NCBI RefSeq assembly: GCF_963921235.1
Contig: NC_086108.1
Location: 98,086,001-98,150,000 of the forward strand
From: Mobula hypostoma
Lineage: Eukaryota
Direction: 5' to 3'
Length of the DNA: 64,000 bases
Shown here: positions 27,083 to 38,032 of the stretch, one piece after another
How positions within the stretch are numbered: position 1 is the stretch's first letter
How the letters are laid out: each line of letters starts with the position of its first letter
Translations under genes and position numbers: made by a program
The notes under the pieces: model-generated
Seen by the model: only the letters and a program-made list of their open reading frames with translations
The model's database searches: none
Told to the model about the DNA's origin: nothing

Positions 27083-29707
27083 CAGCCTTTCTCAAACTTT
27101 TTGCCCTGGAAGAACCCTTGAAATAATTTTCAGGTCTCAGGGAACTGCTGTGTAAAAATTATTATATCTACAGCTCGCAGTATGTTAGCGTGATCAGTAA
27201 GTTGTAGATATAATAGTCCAAAAATATTTGTCAATGCTCTTGAGTAGAGAATGAATTTTTAGCCAACATTTTTTGGGAAAAAAGGTAGCTAAGCTTGGCT
27301 TACATTTCTTAAAACTAATCTCTTTCTTTCTCTTTCAGAAATTTAAAAAATTCATAAGGCAAACAAAATAAATTTCTGCTAAATAACTCGTATAAGTCAA
27401 AATAGGATTTAATTTTTCTAAAGGTAGGCTCAGTAGATTTAATTTAACTAAAAGTTGTAAATCGATTTTAATTAATGTTATTTACAACATGAAAATTTAT
27501 TGACAATGTTGAACTGTAAAGTTACTAAAAACCACGGTTCTTCCAAGACAGACTTTTTGTTTCCAGATTGAAGACAGGGCATTAAATATATCTCGGCCTT
27601 TGCTTGTTTCAGGGAGCTCTTTACAACAGAAAAAGTTTTATTGAATTTCACCATCATTTACAAATCTTACAAATGCTAAAATATGACATTTATTGGTGAA
27701 ATCTGTTGAATCATCAACCTAGATAGAGAAGTTGTTATTGTTTTCAGCTTATCACACAAACCTCTTCAGCATTATGTGGCATGTCACCAATACGTCAATT
27801 TATTGTACTGTTTGATAGTGAAACCTTTTCAATTTCACGTACTGCATCTTGTCCTTGCATTTTACCCACTATAATTTTACCTGATGGCGTTATTAGGTCC
27901 TAACCAACTGTGTGACTTTTCCTTTTCTGGGTAATGAGTTCTGCTACTAAATAAATTGCTTCCTGATCATCTTTACTGACTGTGACTTCATTAACAAAGC
28001 TTTACTCTGTTTGTTTTGAGATTCCAATAGCCGTTTAAAATAATCTGCATTCTTATGTGTCATATGACTATGATTTGTAGTTATGTCTTTTCAATTTTGT
28101 TGGAGCCAATGCTACATTTGTAAGTTGTTTGCCACAGACTAGGCACAATGGAATAGGATAACTTTGATCACCAGTTCATGTAAAACCATTGGTAAGTAGC
28201 TTTCATTGTAAAGGCGGACTTTTTTTCTGTCCATTGTTGCACCACTGCAGTGAAATGACTCAGAAGATTATATTGTCAGACATGTCTGTAAAACACAGGG
28301 GTTAATAAAATATAAAAAAGAATGGCATAATAAATAGTGAAATGAGAAAACCGCAAAAAATATGGAAACTTCTCAAAGCAATTCACTTCTAACCTACACA
28401 ATCCACCTTTTGCAAAGTTCACAACAGCGAAATGGTGGGTCAGCAGCTGAATCGCAGCGCGTAAATATCCCTTTAGAATTAAAATTTCCCTACAGTTTTC
28501 TGGTAACCGGTAGAATTTGTACCGGTAGAATTTGTTCACTCCGTGCGTCGGGGAAGTTGGGAAGGTAATTCAGGAGGGAGGAACTGACGTCACATCCCAA
28601 GTTGGGCGAGTCAATTCAATGTTCGGATAATGCACTTCACGCTCATCAGTCCTCCCCTCCGTGCAATACAGTGCTCACCAATTATCAGCCTACCATCCTC
28701 CCCTCTGTGCAATACAGTGCTCACCAATTATCAGCCTACTGTCCTCCCCTCCATGCAATACAGTGCTCACCAATTATCAGCCTACTGTCCTCCCCTCCAT
28801 GCAATACAGCACTCACCAATTATCAGCCTACTGTCCTCCCCTCCATGCAATACAGCACTCACCAATTATCAGCCTACTGTCCTCCCCTCCATGCAATACA
28901 GTGCTCACCAATTATCAGCCTACTGTCCTCCCCTCCATGCAATACAGCACTCACCAATTATCAGCCTACTGGCCTCCCCTCCGCACAATACAGTGCTCAC
29001 CAATTATCAGCCCACCATCCTCCCCTCCATGCAATACAGTGCTCACCAATTATCAGCCTACTGTCCTCCCCTCCATGCAATACAGCACTCACCAATTATC
29101 AGCCCACCATCCTGCCCTCCATACCATACAGTGCACCTCAGCAGCCTACTATCCTCCCCTCCGTGCAATACAGTGCTCACCAATTATCAGCCCACCATCC
29201 TGCCCTCCATACCATACAGTGCACCTCAGCAGCCTACTATCCTCCCCTCCATGCAATACAGTGCTCACCAATTATCAGCCCACCATCCTGCCCTCCATAC
29301 CATACAGTGCACCTCAGCAGCCTACTATCCTCCCCTCCGTGCAATACAGGGCTCACCAATTATCAGCCCACCATCCTGCCCTCCATACCATACAGTGCAC
29401 CTCAGCAGCCTACTATCCTCCCCTCCATGCAATACAGTGCTGCTCATCAACCCCGCTGTGCAATACAGCACTCTCCAATTATTGACAACCTCCCCTATCT
29501 CGCATCAAAAACTAAGAATGGACTCATCCAAATAAACATGGTCCAACTGCACGCTGCTATACAATGGGCTGAGAGACTTCTAGTGAGATTGCTAACAGGG
29601 CTGCTCGGTCACTTCCCACCACTGTCAGCACTAGCATCGCATGAAGTTCAAAAACTGATGTTGTTTTGAATCACGATCTCTCGCGGAACCCTAGTCGAGA
29701 AACCTTG
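27083..29707 (-). mobile_element. hAT (Charlie/Buster-type) transposon remnant containing a minisatellite
   Basis: Termini CAGCCTTTCTCAAA and gtcgagaaaccttg; imperfect 8-bp TSD ccctaaat/cctgaaat. Minus-strand transposase relics: IPLCLVCGKQLTNVALAPTKLKRH (BED-like) and FSI*VDDSTDFTNKCHILAFVRFVNDGEIQ. Confidence 0.8.
28649..29480 (+). repeat. Minisatellite: ten 46-bp units followed by about four 88-bp (42+46) higher-order units
   Basis: Unit gtcctcccctccatgcaatacagtgctcaccaattatcagcctact starts at 28649, 28695 ... 29063. Later units start at 29109, 29151, 29197, 29239, 29285, 29327, 29373 and 29415. Confidence 0.95.
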
Positions 29708-29948
29708 CCTGAAATGCATATACTGGCAATTCTCAGCTTTTTCAAGGAATACAATCTGTTCTAAATATTCCCCTCCTTGCTTGGCACCTTTTTGTGACCA
29801 TTTTTATGTTTTGAGATGTCTACCTCACTGCAATAAAAGTACAAGTAAATTGAAGTAGTAGTTTGAAAAATTATCCTGCATGAATTTTTAAGAACACTGT
29901 ATTTGAACACTATACACACCCAATGTTATAAAATGCTCAGAAAATGGT

Positions 29949-30228
29949 TATTTATTTATTTATTTAGAAATACAAGAAGGGGTCCTTCCGGCCCACTGAG
30001 TTGCACCACACAGCAACCCACTTATTTTACCCCAGCCTAATCACAGGGCAATTTAAAATGACCAGTTAACCTACTAACTGATATGTCTTTGGAATGTAGG
30101 AGGAAAGCAGAGCACTTTGAGGAAACTCGCGCGTTCACAGGGAAGGCATACAAACTTCTTACAGACACTCTGTACTCCAATGCCCTGAGCTGTAAGAGTG
30201 TTGCTTTAACTGCTACGCTACTGTGGCA
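29949..30228 (-). mobile_element. V-SINE immediately 3' of the LRRC8-like stop codon
   Basis: Antisense V-domain (gtctttggaatgtaggaggaaagcagagcac) and a (ttat)n tail at 29949-29966. Confidence 0.7.
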
Positions 30229-30264
30229 GTCCTTTTAAAGACAGTATTGAAATATACTTGCAGT

Positions 30265-32586
30265 TCACTTAGATTCTCTGCTTATAAATTCTTCTCTGAC
30301 TTCATATGGCAGTGTGTTGAAAACATCCTCTTCCACATTCAGCTGACTTCTCTTCAGACACTGACACTTCCCCAGTTCAGGTGGCAAATACTGCAGTTTA
30401 TTCCCTTTTAGCTCTAGTTGGCGCAGCTGTATCAGATTTTTCACCTTAGGTGGAATGTATGTCAAAAGATTATCTGAAAGTATTAACACTCGAAGCTTTG
30501 TACAATAAAACAATTCCAAGGGTAATTTGGACACTTTGTTACTCTCAATATTGAAGTAATGAAGATCCGCCAGTTGATCTATCTCAGGAGGAATGCGTGT
30601 AATGTTATTATGACCAACATCCAGATGTTGTAGCCTAGTGAGCTTAAACAGATTGGATGGAAGAAAACTAATGCTGTTGTTCGTTAAATACAGCATTTCG
30701 AGTGAGCTGGCTTTGGCAATGTACACTGGAATCTGTGCAATTTTGTTGTAATGAAGCTTCAACGTGGTGAGTTTGCGGAGATGTTGGAAACTAGCTAACT
30801 CTTCTAAGGTCCTCAGGTTGTTGTCTTTAAGATCTAATTCTTGGAGATTGCTCAGGCTAAATATGGCACTTGGGATTTGCTCCAGATCACAGCTGTATAG
30901 CTTTAAAACGGACAGGCAAAGCATCTTTCGAAGGCTATTGAGAGTGATGAACCTTTTGCCCTGATTGTCAATAGTTAGGTGCTGAAGATGGTGGGCAACA
31001 TCAATGACTGCTGCAGGTATTTTGGTGACATTTGATTTTAAATGTAAAGATCTAAGCCGTTCTAAGTCACAAAGTGACTGCAGGACGAGAGAAGATTTGT
31101 TATCAATTAACAAATTGCCTTCAAGATACAATACACGAAGATTCTTAAGACAATACATCCATTGTGGTATTTCATAAGCATTCGCAAACCGTACTCTTAA
31201 AATGGTTATTGTATCTTTTAAAAATGCAAGTGCTCGGTTTTCTACTTTTATCGTACAGTTGTACACCCACAGTTCTTGAAGTGAGGTTTGCTGTGAGATG
31301 GCTGCACTAATTGAGGTGTCTTTAATAAATTCAAGCTTTAATACTTCCAGGTTATAAATATCATAAACACTATTAGGAATACCAGGCAGCATGAAGAGAT
31401 GTAATTCAATTTTGTTGTCTTCGTTAGTAACTATACGTTGTTGAAGCTTCTCACGTGTCCATTCGTAACTCAAGTTCAGTTGGCGGAGTTTGTTTTCACT
31501 GACGTCAGACAGGAAGACGGCAAACTTCCTGGCATACAATTTATCATACTGGTCAATAAGGTGCAGCAAAAATGCAAAGTCATTCTTCACATCTGGTATA
31601 TCATCAATCCCAGTTTCTTCTCGGACATATGCAAAAGAATATTCCTTAAGTTTGAAGTAAAAAATCCAGTACAGTGTGTAGATGCACGTTATAAAATAAA
31701 TGAAGATAACCACGACATACACAATGGACAACATCCTGAATATCCTCCAAAGGCCATGGATGCAGAAAAATTCTGTGAAGCCTGTAATGTGAATTTTGTC
31801 TACACAGTGGACAATATGTTTCATTTGAGGAATCCGAGTTACAAAGTAGGCTAGGATGAAAATTGTTTGAACACAACGTAAAACAGTCTGTCTTATGTAC
31901 ATCATATAAAGAATATGACCTTCTTCAGTGTGAAGACGAAACTTTTTGACCTTTTCAAACAACGCCTTTGCTTGTTCTCCTTCCTTTTTGTCCAAGATTT
32001 TCACTGCGGTGTGGCCATAAACACCGCCCCCGACTGTCTTAAAAGTCTTAGATGGAGGCTTACACAGAGAGGCTTGTGCTTCATTCTCACAGATTTTGTC
32101 ATTACTGATTTCTTTGTCTCCTAATAAGAGGGCAGTTTCAGAAGATTGTTGGTGGTTTAAAGAGCAAGATATAGATGGTTCATTTGATAACACTGTTCTT
32201 TGTGGAATCTGTAGATCAGAATCCTCATAAACAGTTTCCGAAAGTGCCTTAGTGGTCCACTGGGAATCTAAACATTTTCCTAGGATTGATATGAAGTGTT
32301 CAATTTTGGAACTTGTTCCTGGAAATTTGAACCAGAAATTACTGCTGATCAAGAATATAAGTGTGTGAATGATAGCAATGTAAGGGAAATACTTGGAATA
32401 CCACTGAATTGCATGATCATAACAATACTGATCCATTAAATTGTACTGTTCACGGTCTAGGTCAGTCTTAAATCCAGAATGGAAACTATTTAATTTACGA
32501 CCTTTGAGAGCACTTTTGTTCCATTGCATGGTAGTCATCAAGAAACCTTCTGGCACAGGTACACAGATGATCTTGTCTGTTGATAT
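30265..32586 (-). CDS. LRRC8-family volume-regulated anion channel subunit, divergent paralogue, main coding exon (773 aa plus stop)
   Basis: Acceptor aagcag| before 32586, phase 0; uninterrupted ORF. LRRC8 motifs: DKIIC, KYFPY, NFWFKFPGTSSKIEHF, LDKKEGEQAKALFEKVKKFR, DIPDVKNDFAFLLHLIDQYD, followed by a full LRR domain. Confidence 0.93.
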   Translation of the reverse strand: MSTDKIICVPVPEGFLMTTMQWNKSALKGRKLNSFHSGFKTDLDREQYNLMDQYCYDHAIQWYSKYFPYIAIIHTLIFLISSNFWFKFPGTSSKIEHFISILGKCLDSQWTTKALSETVYEDSDLQIPQRTVLSNEPSISCSLNHQQSSETALLLGDKEISNDKICENEAQASLCKPPSKTFKTVGGGVYGHTAVKILDKKEGEQAKALFEKVKKFRLHTEEGHILYMMYIRQTVLRCVQTIFILAYFVTRIPQMKHIVHCVDKIHITGFTEFFCIHGLWRIFRMLSIVYVVVIFIYFITCIYTLYWIFYFKLKEYSFAYVREETGIDDIPDVKNDFAFLLHLIDQYDKLYARKFAVFLSDVSENKLRQLNLSYEWTREKLQQRIVTNEDNKIELHLFMLPGIPNSVYDIYNLEVLKLEFIKDTSISAAISQQTSLQELWVYNCTIKVENRALAFLKDTITILRVRFANAYEIPQWMYCLKNLRVLYLEGNLLIDNKSSLVLQSLCDLERLRSLHLKSNVTKIPAAVIDVAHHLQHLTIDNQGKRFITLNSLRKMLCLSVLKLYSCDLEQIPSAIFSLSNLQELDLKDNNLRTLEELASFQHLRKLTTLKLHYNKIAQIPVYIAKASSLEMLYLTNNSISFLPSNLFKLTRLQHLDVGHNNITRIPPEIDQLADLHYFNIESNKVSKLPLELFYCTKLRVLILSDNLLTYIPPKVKNLIQLRQLELKGNKLQYLPPELGKCQCLKRSQLNVEEDVFNTLPYEVREEFISRESK

Positions 32587-32974
32587 CTGCTTAAGTACAG
32601 AGAAGAATTTTACCATAATGAAAACACATCATTAAAAGACCAAATGCCTCTCCTTCCATTTTGCTGATAAAGAATATGACATCAATAAATAAATTTTAAA
32701 GGCTCACTTATAGAAATCACAAATACACACAATTGCATTTCTTCTCGACACTGGCAAGACCAAACATACACTAGGCAACTGTCTCGCAGAGCAATCTGTA
32801 CTCTGTCCATAATGGTCATCTTGACCTTCAGTTGCACTTCACTGCAGCATCCACTTCCATTCCCATGCTGAACTCTCAGTCCTCAGCCTTTCCCATTGCC
32901 ACTGTAAGGCCCAATGCAAACCAGAAAAGTGCCCCATATTTTGCTTGGGTAACTGACAGCTAAATGGTATAAAC

Positions 32975-33380
32975 ATAGGAATTAGGTCATTCAGCCCACT
33001 GAGTCTGCTCCGCCATTCCATCTTGGCTGATTTATTATTCTTCTTAATCCCATTCTCCTGCCTTCTCCCTGTAACCTTCGACGGTCTTACTAATCATGAA
33101 TGCATTAACCTCCATTTTAAATATACCCAAAAACCTGGCCTCCACAGCCGTGTGTGGCAATAAATTCCACAGATTCACCTCCCTCTCGCTAAAAGATTCC
33201 TCCTTATCTGTTCTAAAGGGACATCCTTCTATTCTGAGTCTGTACACTCTGATCATCCCCTACTACAGGAAGCATCCACTCCATGTCCACTCTATCTAGG
33301 CCTTTCAATATTAGATAGGTTTCAAAGAGATCCTCCTCACTCATCTAAGCTTCAGTGAGTACAGGCCTAGAGTCATCATG
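32975..33380 (-). mobile_element. CR1 LINE 3' end
   Basis: Reads 'LRIEGCPFRT...FSEREVNLWNLLP' and has the CR1 tail cattcagcccactgagtctgctccgccattc. Confidence 0.75.
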
Positions 33381-36350
33381 TTCCTCCCCGCCTGGTTCCA
33401 TCTGCCCATTACCTACATACTTATCTATAAGGGTTTATACTCTATGGCTCACCATTCCTATCCTCTCTCTCACTTGGGTTTCATATACACATCATCCTTC
33501 TCTTTTTTGGTTCTACCTATAACCTACAAGCTTCTGGCCTAACCGCCCCCCCCCCCCAATCCCCTCCCCACTTGGTTCTTTTGTTTTTTTTTCCACTTTC
33601 ATGTTTCTACCTATCACCCAGCAGAGCAGCCTGTTTCAACACTCCCGATTCCCCCTCCCACCTGACTCCATCTAACCATCATCTTTTCCCCTCATCATGT
33701 TCTATTTATCACCCCTCCCTTTCACTACTATGTATTGACTATCTTCCCTGAACACTCTCAATATCTATAGGGTCCCAACCTTACTTTTGGCTCCACAGAA
33801 GGCACTGAGTTCTTCCAGGAGTTTATGTTTTGCTCCATATTCTAGCATCTTCAGTCCCTTACGTCAATTTTTGGCAAGTTGTGAGCAAGTATTTAAACTT
33901 GTTGACATTCAGTACATTGTAGAGAAGAAAAAATCACTCTGCATACAGGTAACACACTATAGAAGAACATTAATGTTCATACAAATATAGATTGCATTTA
34001 TTACACTAGACTGTGCTATTCATGGTCCACTGACCAGACCCATTGCCACAGTGCCAGCCTCCATGGACTTAGTTTTTCAGGAGATGGAAAGCAGAGAAAG
34101 CTGACCATCCACACCCAAAAAGTACGTGGCGGGTAATGCAAAGTGAGACCCTGGGGGAATGATGCTGTCAAAGGGATATGAACTGATTTTGTGTGTCTCT
34201 GATAATCAGACACACTTTAAAAACAATGCAAATCACCTTAAGTAACTGGATAAAGCCGATGAAGATAAAATAAAAAAATTAAAACACTCTAAAGTATGAA
34301 GAATTAGTTAGCATTATTCTCTGAGTGAGCATTTGTCTTCCAATGAATGGAGTCACCAGCCTTCCTTCACATAAAGCTAATCATTGCTCTGTGACTAAGA
34401 TTGGGAGGAAGCCAAATGAGCAGCAGAACACAAGATGTGCCAGGGTCTCTCCTTCAGCTCATCTTGAAATTCTGTATTTGGCCAGGCGTGTGTGAGGTGC
34501 ATTGAGGCCCAAAGGGCTGACAGTTAATAATTAACTCTGTCAGTTTGATTCAGCCCTATGACAATACTGATCTATATTTTCATTTGAAAGATCTCATTGG
34601 GATCCTTTATAACACTGGAATCATTTCTGTTGGTAGTTGTTTAAACTGAATCATACCAACCAAAGAGGTATTAGCATAGAGCATTTCAGGGCATTCCAAG
34701 CACAAACCACACTCAAAATTATGCTAGCCTTAACAGAAGGTGGGAACTTGGGAGCAATACTCCTCCCAGTATCTGAAGAGAACCTGTTCATCAGGTGTAA
34801 AGAGGTATGTGACTGTTTCTGTGCTATGGACATCACCTGAACCAACTTCCATTTCATTTGGAGATCCAAAATCTACAGAGAAAGTTCTTCAAAGGAAGGT
34901 AACATTTATGGAGTGTGGCTGCAATCCTGGTAACGCTGTGCTGAGATGCTGTCTGTCTCTGGCATTGCGAAGGATGCCCTGGTCCTGTTGCTCTGGCAGG
35001 TTGGATTCAGTTGGGCAATGTGTCTCAAATTTCAAAGTAAAATTTATTATCAGAGTACATAGACGTCACCACATACAACTCTGAGATTCTTTTTTCTGCG
35101 GGCATATTTAGCAAATCTATAGAACATCAGATAATGTTAACTGTAAACAAACTATGCAAATGCTGATATAAATAAATAGCAATAAATAACAAGCACGAAA
35201 TAACAATACAACAACAAAGAATCCTTCTACATCTGAGTGCAATGGTATTCCCAAGACTCCATCCAGAACTTGCATGACTGACAGTAGTGAAAACCGACAG
35301 GAAGCTACTGATGCCATGAAGGAAGCCCTGAACACCACCAGAGATGAAGGACCTTCATTGCTGCCCTAAAGGCCTGTAGTATAATGGGCAGTAAGCTACG
35401 CTCATGTGGAGGCTTGGTGCAGTATACAAATAGTAACAGTGATGCTTTACTCATAACTGACAAATTTTTATTGAGCTCATATAACAAATATATCGACTAT
35501 AGAAAGTGATTAAAAATTATAATTGATTCAACTGGTTACAATTAACTTTTGTTTACTCAGGTTTTACATTGGTCTGCAAATTCAAAACAAATTTCAACCA
35601 CTCATATAACCACTCAAGTATAAATGCTGCTGGAGATAACTTGCACAAATGGACAATCAGGCAAACCAGGCAAATACAGTTTCCCAAAAGTGCAGTAAAA
35701 TCTGCATTTTCATAATCAGGGACAGAGGCTTTATTTAGTCCAACTGTCTTTAAATTGACTGGGAAGCAGGAGACTGCAGATGCTGGAATCTGGAGCAACA
35801 AGGGATGTTCAGTCTGAGCTTCAGTCCTGATGTAGGGCAGCCTAAAATACCAGCAACTCCTTTTAGATAGATATTGTCAATACTTCCGGTTGAAGCTGCT
35901 CAACTAGCTGAACTCCAGCAGCAGACTGTTGTTCCACTTTAAATAGTTTCATGTCACACAGATGCATGCATAGTCACAAATCTGTCACAATTTTACTCAA
36001 ACTCTCTTGCCCCATCATTGAAATGTTCCCACAACCAATGGACTCACTTTCAAGGACTCCTCATCTCATGCTTTTGATCTTTATTGCTTATTATTTATTA
36101 TTATTTCTTTCCTTTTGTATTTGCACAGTTTGTTGTCTTTTGCACACTGGATGAATACTCAAATTGGTGCAGTCTTTCATTGATTCTGTTATGGTTATTA
36201 TTCTATAGATTTATTGAGTATGCCCACAAGAAAATTAACCTCAGTGTTGTATATGGTGACATATATGTACTTCAATTATAAACTTACTTTGACCTTCGAA
36301 CTTTGATAAACTAAATTGAGAAGTATTGATCATTCCAAACAAAACAGTAC

Positions 36351-36488
36351 CTGCAAAGTGCCTCCATAAACTGCAACCATAAGCATCAAAATGGTTAAAT
36401 AATCTGTGAAAACATCCCACCATGGTTTTAAGATTTTAAATGTTGCTCGTTGATCTCCAAAATATTTTAGCTCAACCACCGAAAACAT
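36351..36488 (-). CDS. LRRC8-family divergent paralogue, first coding exon (46 aa: N-terminus and TM1)
   Basis: Acceptor gtttctttag|AT-ATG; encodes MFSVVELKYFGDQRATFKILKPWWDVFTDYLTILMLMVAVYGGTLQ; donor CAG|GTACTG at phase 0. Splices in frame to 32586, giving 819 aa. Confidence 0.92.
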
Positions 36489-37109
36489 ATCTAAAGAAAC
36501 AAAAAAAATGCTATTTATACAAATTACTTCCATAAAACAGTTTGTTCTAAGTCCAGCGGTGTTTAACTCATTTTGTATGGATCATTGGAAAGGCTGCATT
36601 TGAATACTTTGAGCTAATCTGCTGAAGATTTGGAGGCATCAGAAGATGCTAGGAATTGGAGCTTCAAGCTACAAAGTGACTCAGAACTAATTTTAATTTG
36701 AGACAAAGAGGATTAGTGAACGAGGATTAGTGAAGTGCTGAATAGAAAGGAGAATGCAGTCATAAATGGTCATTTAACTTAAGACTGGAAATCCTGTTCT
36801 GTCAGCATGATAAAACCCAAGTAAGATCTAGGAACAGGAATCTCTTTCCTCCATCTCAAATCACTAATAAAGAAAACAGACTCCCAGCTAACTGCTCAAT
36901 GGAAGACGTGGGTCTTGGGGATGCGGCCCAGTGGACAACCCGATTCCTCGTTGGCGTCACCGACTGAAGCGTCGTGGGAGATTGTAATATCAAGATGGCA
37001 GCATATGCTGCTGTCGATTAAAGGTTCTTGAGTCGGGGAGCTGCAGATCGTAACAATGAAACAGTGGGCTGTTGGTCTCCCTCTCGTCTGTTGTAAGAGC
37101 AATATCCCT

Positions 37110-37232
37110 CTCAGGGAGGGGGAAGGGAGGAAGGGGGTAGGGGGAGGGGGAGAGAGAGGGAGGAGGAGAGAGAGGGAGAGGGAGGAGGAGAGACAGAGGG
37201 AGAGGGAGGAGGAGAGACAGAGGGAGAGAGAG
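37110..37232 (+). repeat. Purine-rich (GA) low-complexity tract with 21-bp repeats
   Basis: gagagggaggaggagagacagagg repeated. Confidence 0.8.
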
Positions 37233-37656
37233 ACCAATGACCAATTAACCTACCAACCGGTATGTCTTTGGACAGTGGGAGGAAACCTATGCAGTCACGA
37301 TGGAAAGTACAAACTCCTTACAGGCAGCAGTGGGAAATGAACTCGGGTCGCTGGTACTAACCACAGGCATTGTGCTAACCACTATGCAACTGTGCCTGCT
37401 GAGTTCCTCCAGCATTTTGTGCGTGTTATCTAGACCCTCCTCGTTGCTTTTAAATTCCAGCCTGCTCAAAATTACTGATAACATTGTACTTGTCTTCCTT
37501 ATTACCTACTTAAGCCGCAGGGGATTTCTGCTTGAAGACTCCCAAGTTCCTTTGCGTTTCCAATTTCTGAATGTCAAAAATAGTCTGTGCCTTTACAGCG
37601 CACAAAAACTGCTGGAAAATCTGAGCAGGCCAGGCAGCATCTATGGAAAAGAGTAG

Positions 37657-37692
37657 AGTCGACGTTTCAGACTGAAACCCTTCGGCAGGACT
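37657..37692 (-). ncRNA. Minimal type-I hammerhead ribozyme-like motif (A6C variant)
   Basis: AGUC-CUGCCGA-A-GGGUUUCAGUCU-GAAA-CGUC^GACU: stem I AGUC/GACU, palindromic ACGU in place of stem III, and a GUC cleavage triplet. Confidence 0.55.
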
Positions 37693-37994
37693 GGAGTAAA
37701 AGAACTGAGGACTTGATTTTAAAAGGTTGGTGGGGGGGGGAGAGAAACACTAGGTGATAGATGAAACCTGGAGGGGAAGGGGTGTAGTAAAGAGCTGGGA
37801 AGTTGATTGGTGAAGGAGACAGAAGGCCATGGAAGAAAGAAAAAGGGGGGTGGACCATGGCCTTCTGCCTCCTTCACCATTCAACCTCCCAGCTTTTTAC
37901 CTCATCCCTCCCCTCCAGGTTTCACCTATTGCCTGGTGTTTCTCTCTCCCCTCAACCCTCACCTTTCAAGTCTACTCCTCAGTTTCTTTTACTC

Positions 37995-38032
37995 CAGTCC
38001 TGCTGAAGGGTTTTGGTCCGAAACATCGACTG
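37995..38032 (+). ncRNA. Minimal type-I hammerhead ribozyme-like motif (A6C variant)
   Basis: CAGUC-CUGCUGA-A-GGGUUUUGGUCC-GAAA-CAUC^GACUG, with a perfect 5-bp stem I. Confidence 0.55.

Noticed and set aside
28649..29480. CRISPR-like array
   Set aside because: No unique spacers and no cas genes; this is a eukaryotic head-to-tail minisatellite.
28602..29669. Three long overlapping plus-strand ORFs (274-355 aa)
   Set aside because: Artefact of a stop-free 46-bp repeat; the three frames are cyclic permutations of the same peptide.
32587..32616. ORF-track start MVKFFSVLKQ for the 783-aa LRRC8 ORF
   Set aside because: These codons are the intron's 3' end and acceptor; the real N-terminus and TM1 are in the exon at 36351-36488.
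30265..36488. Naming this gene LRRC8C or LRRC8A
   Set aside because: Wrong side of LRRC8D for the recalled LRRC8C position, no MIPV start, and mixed diagnostic residues; a symbol needs phylogeny.
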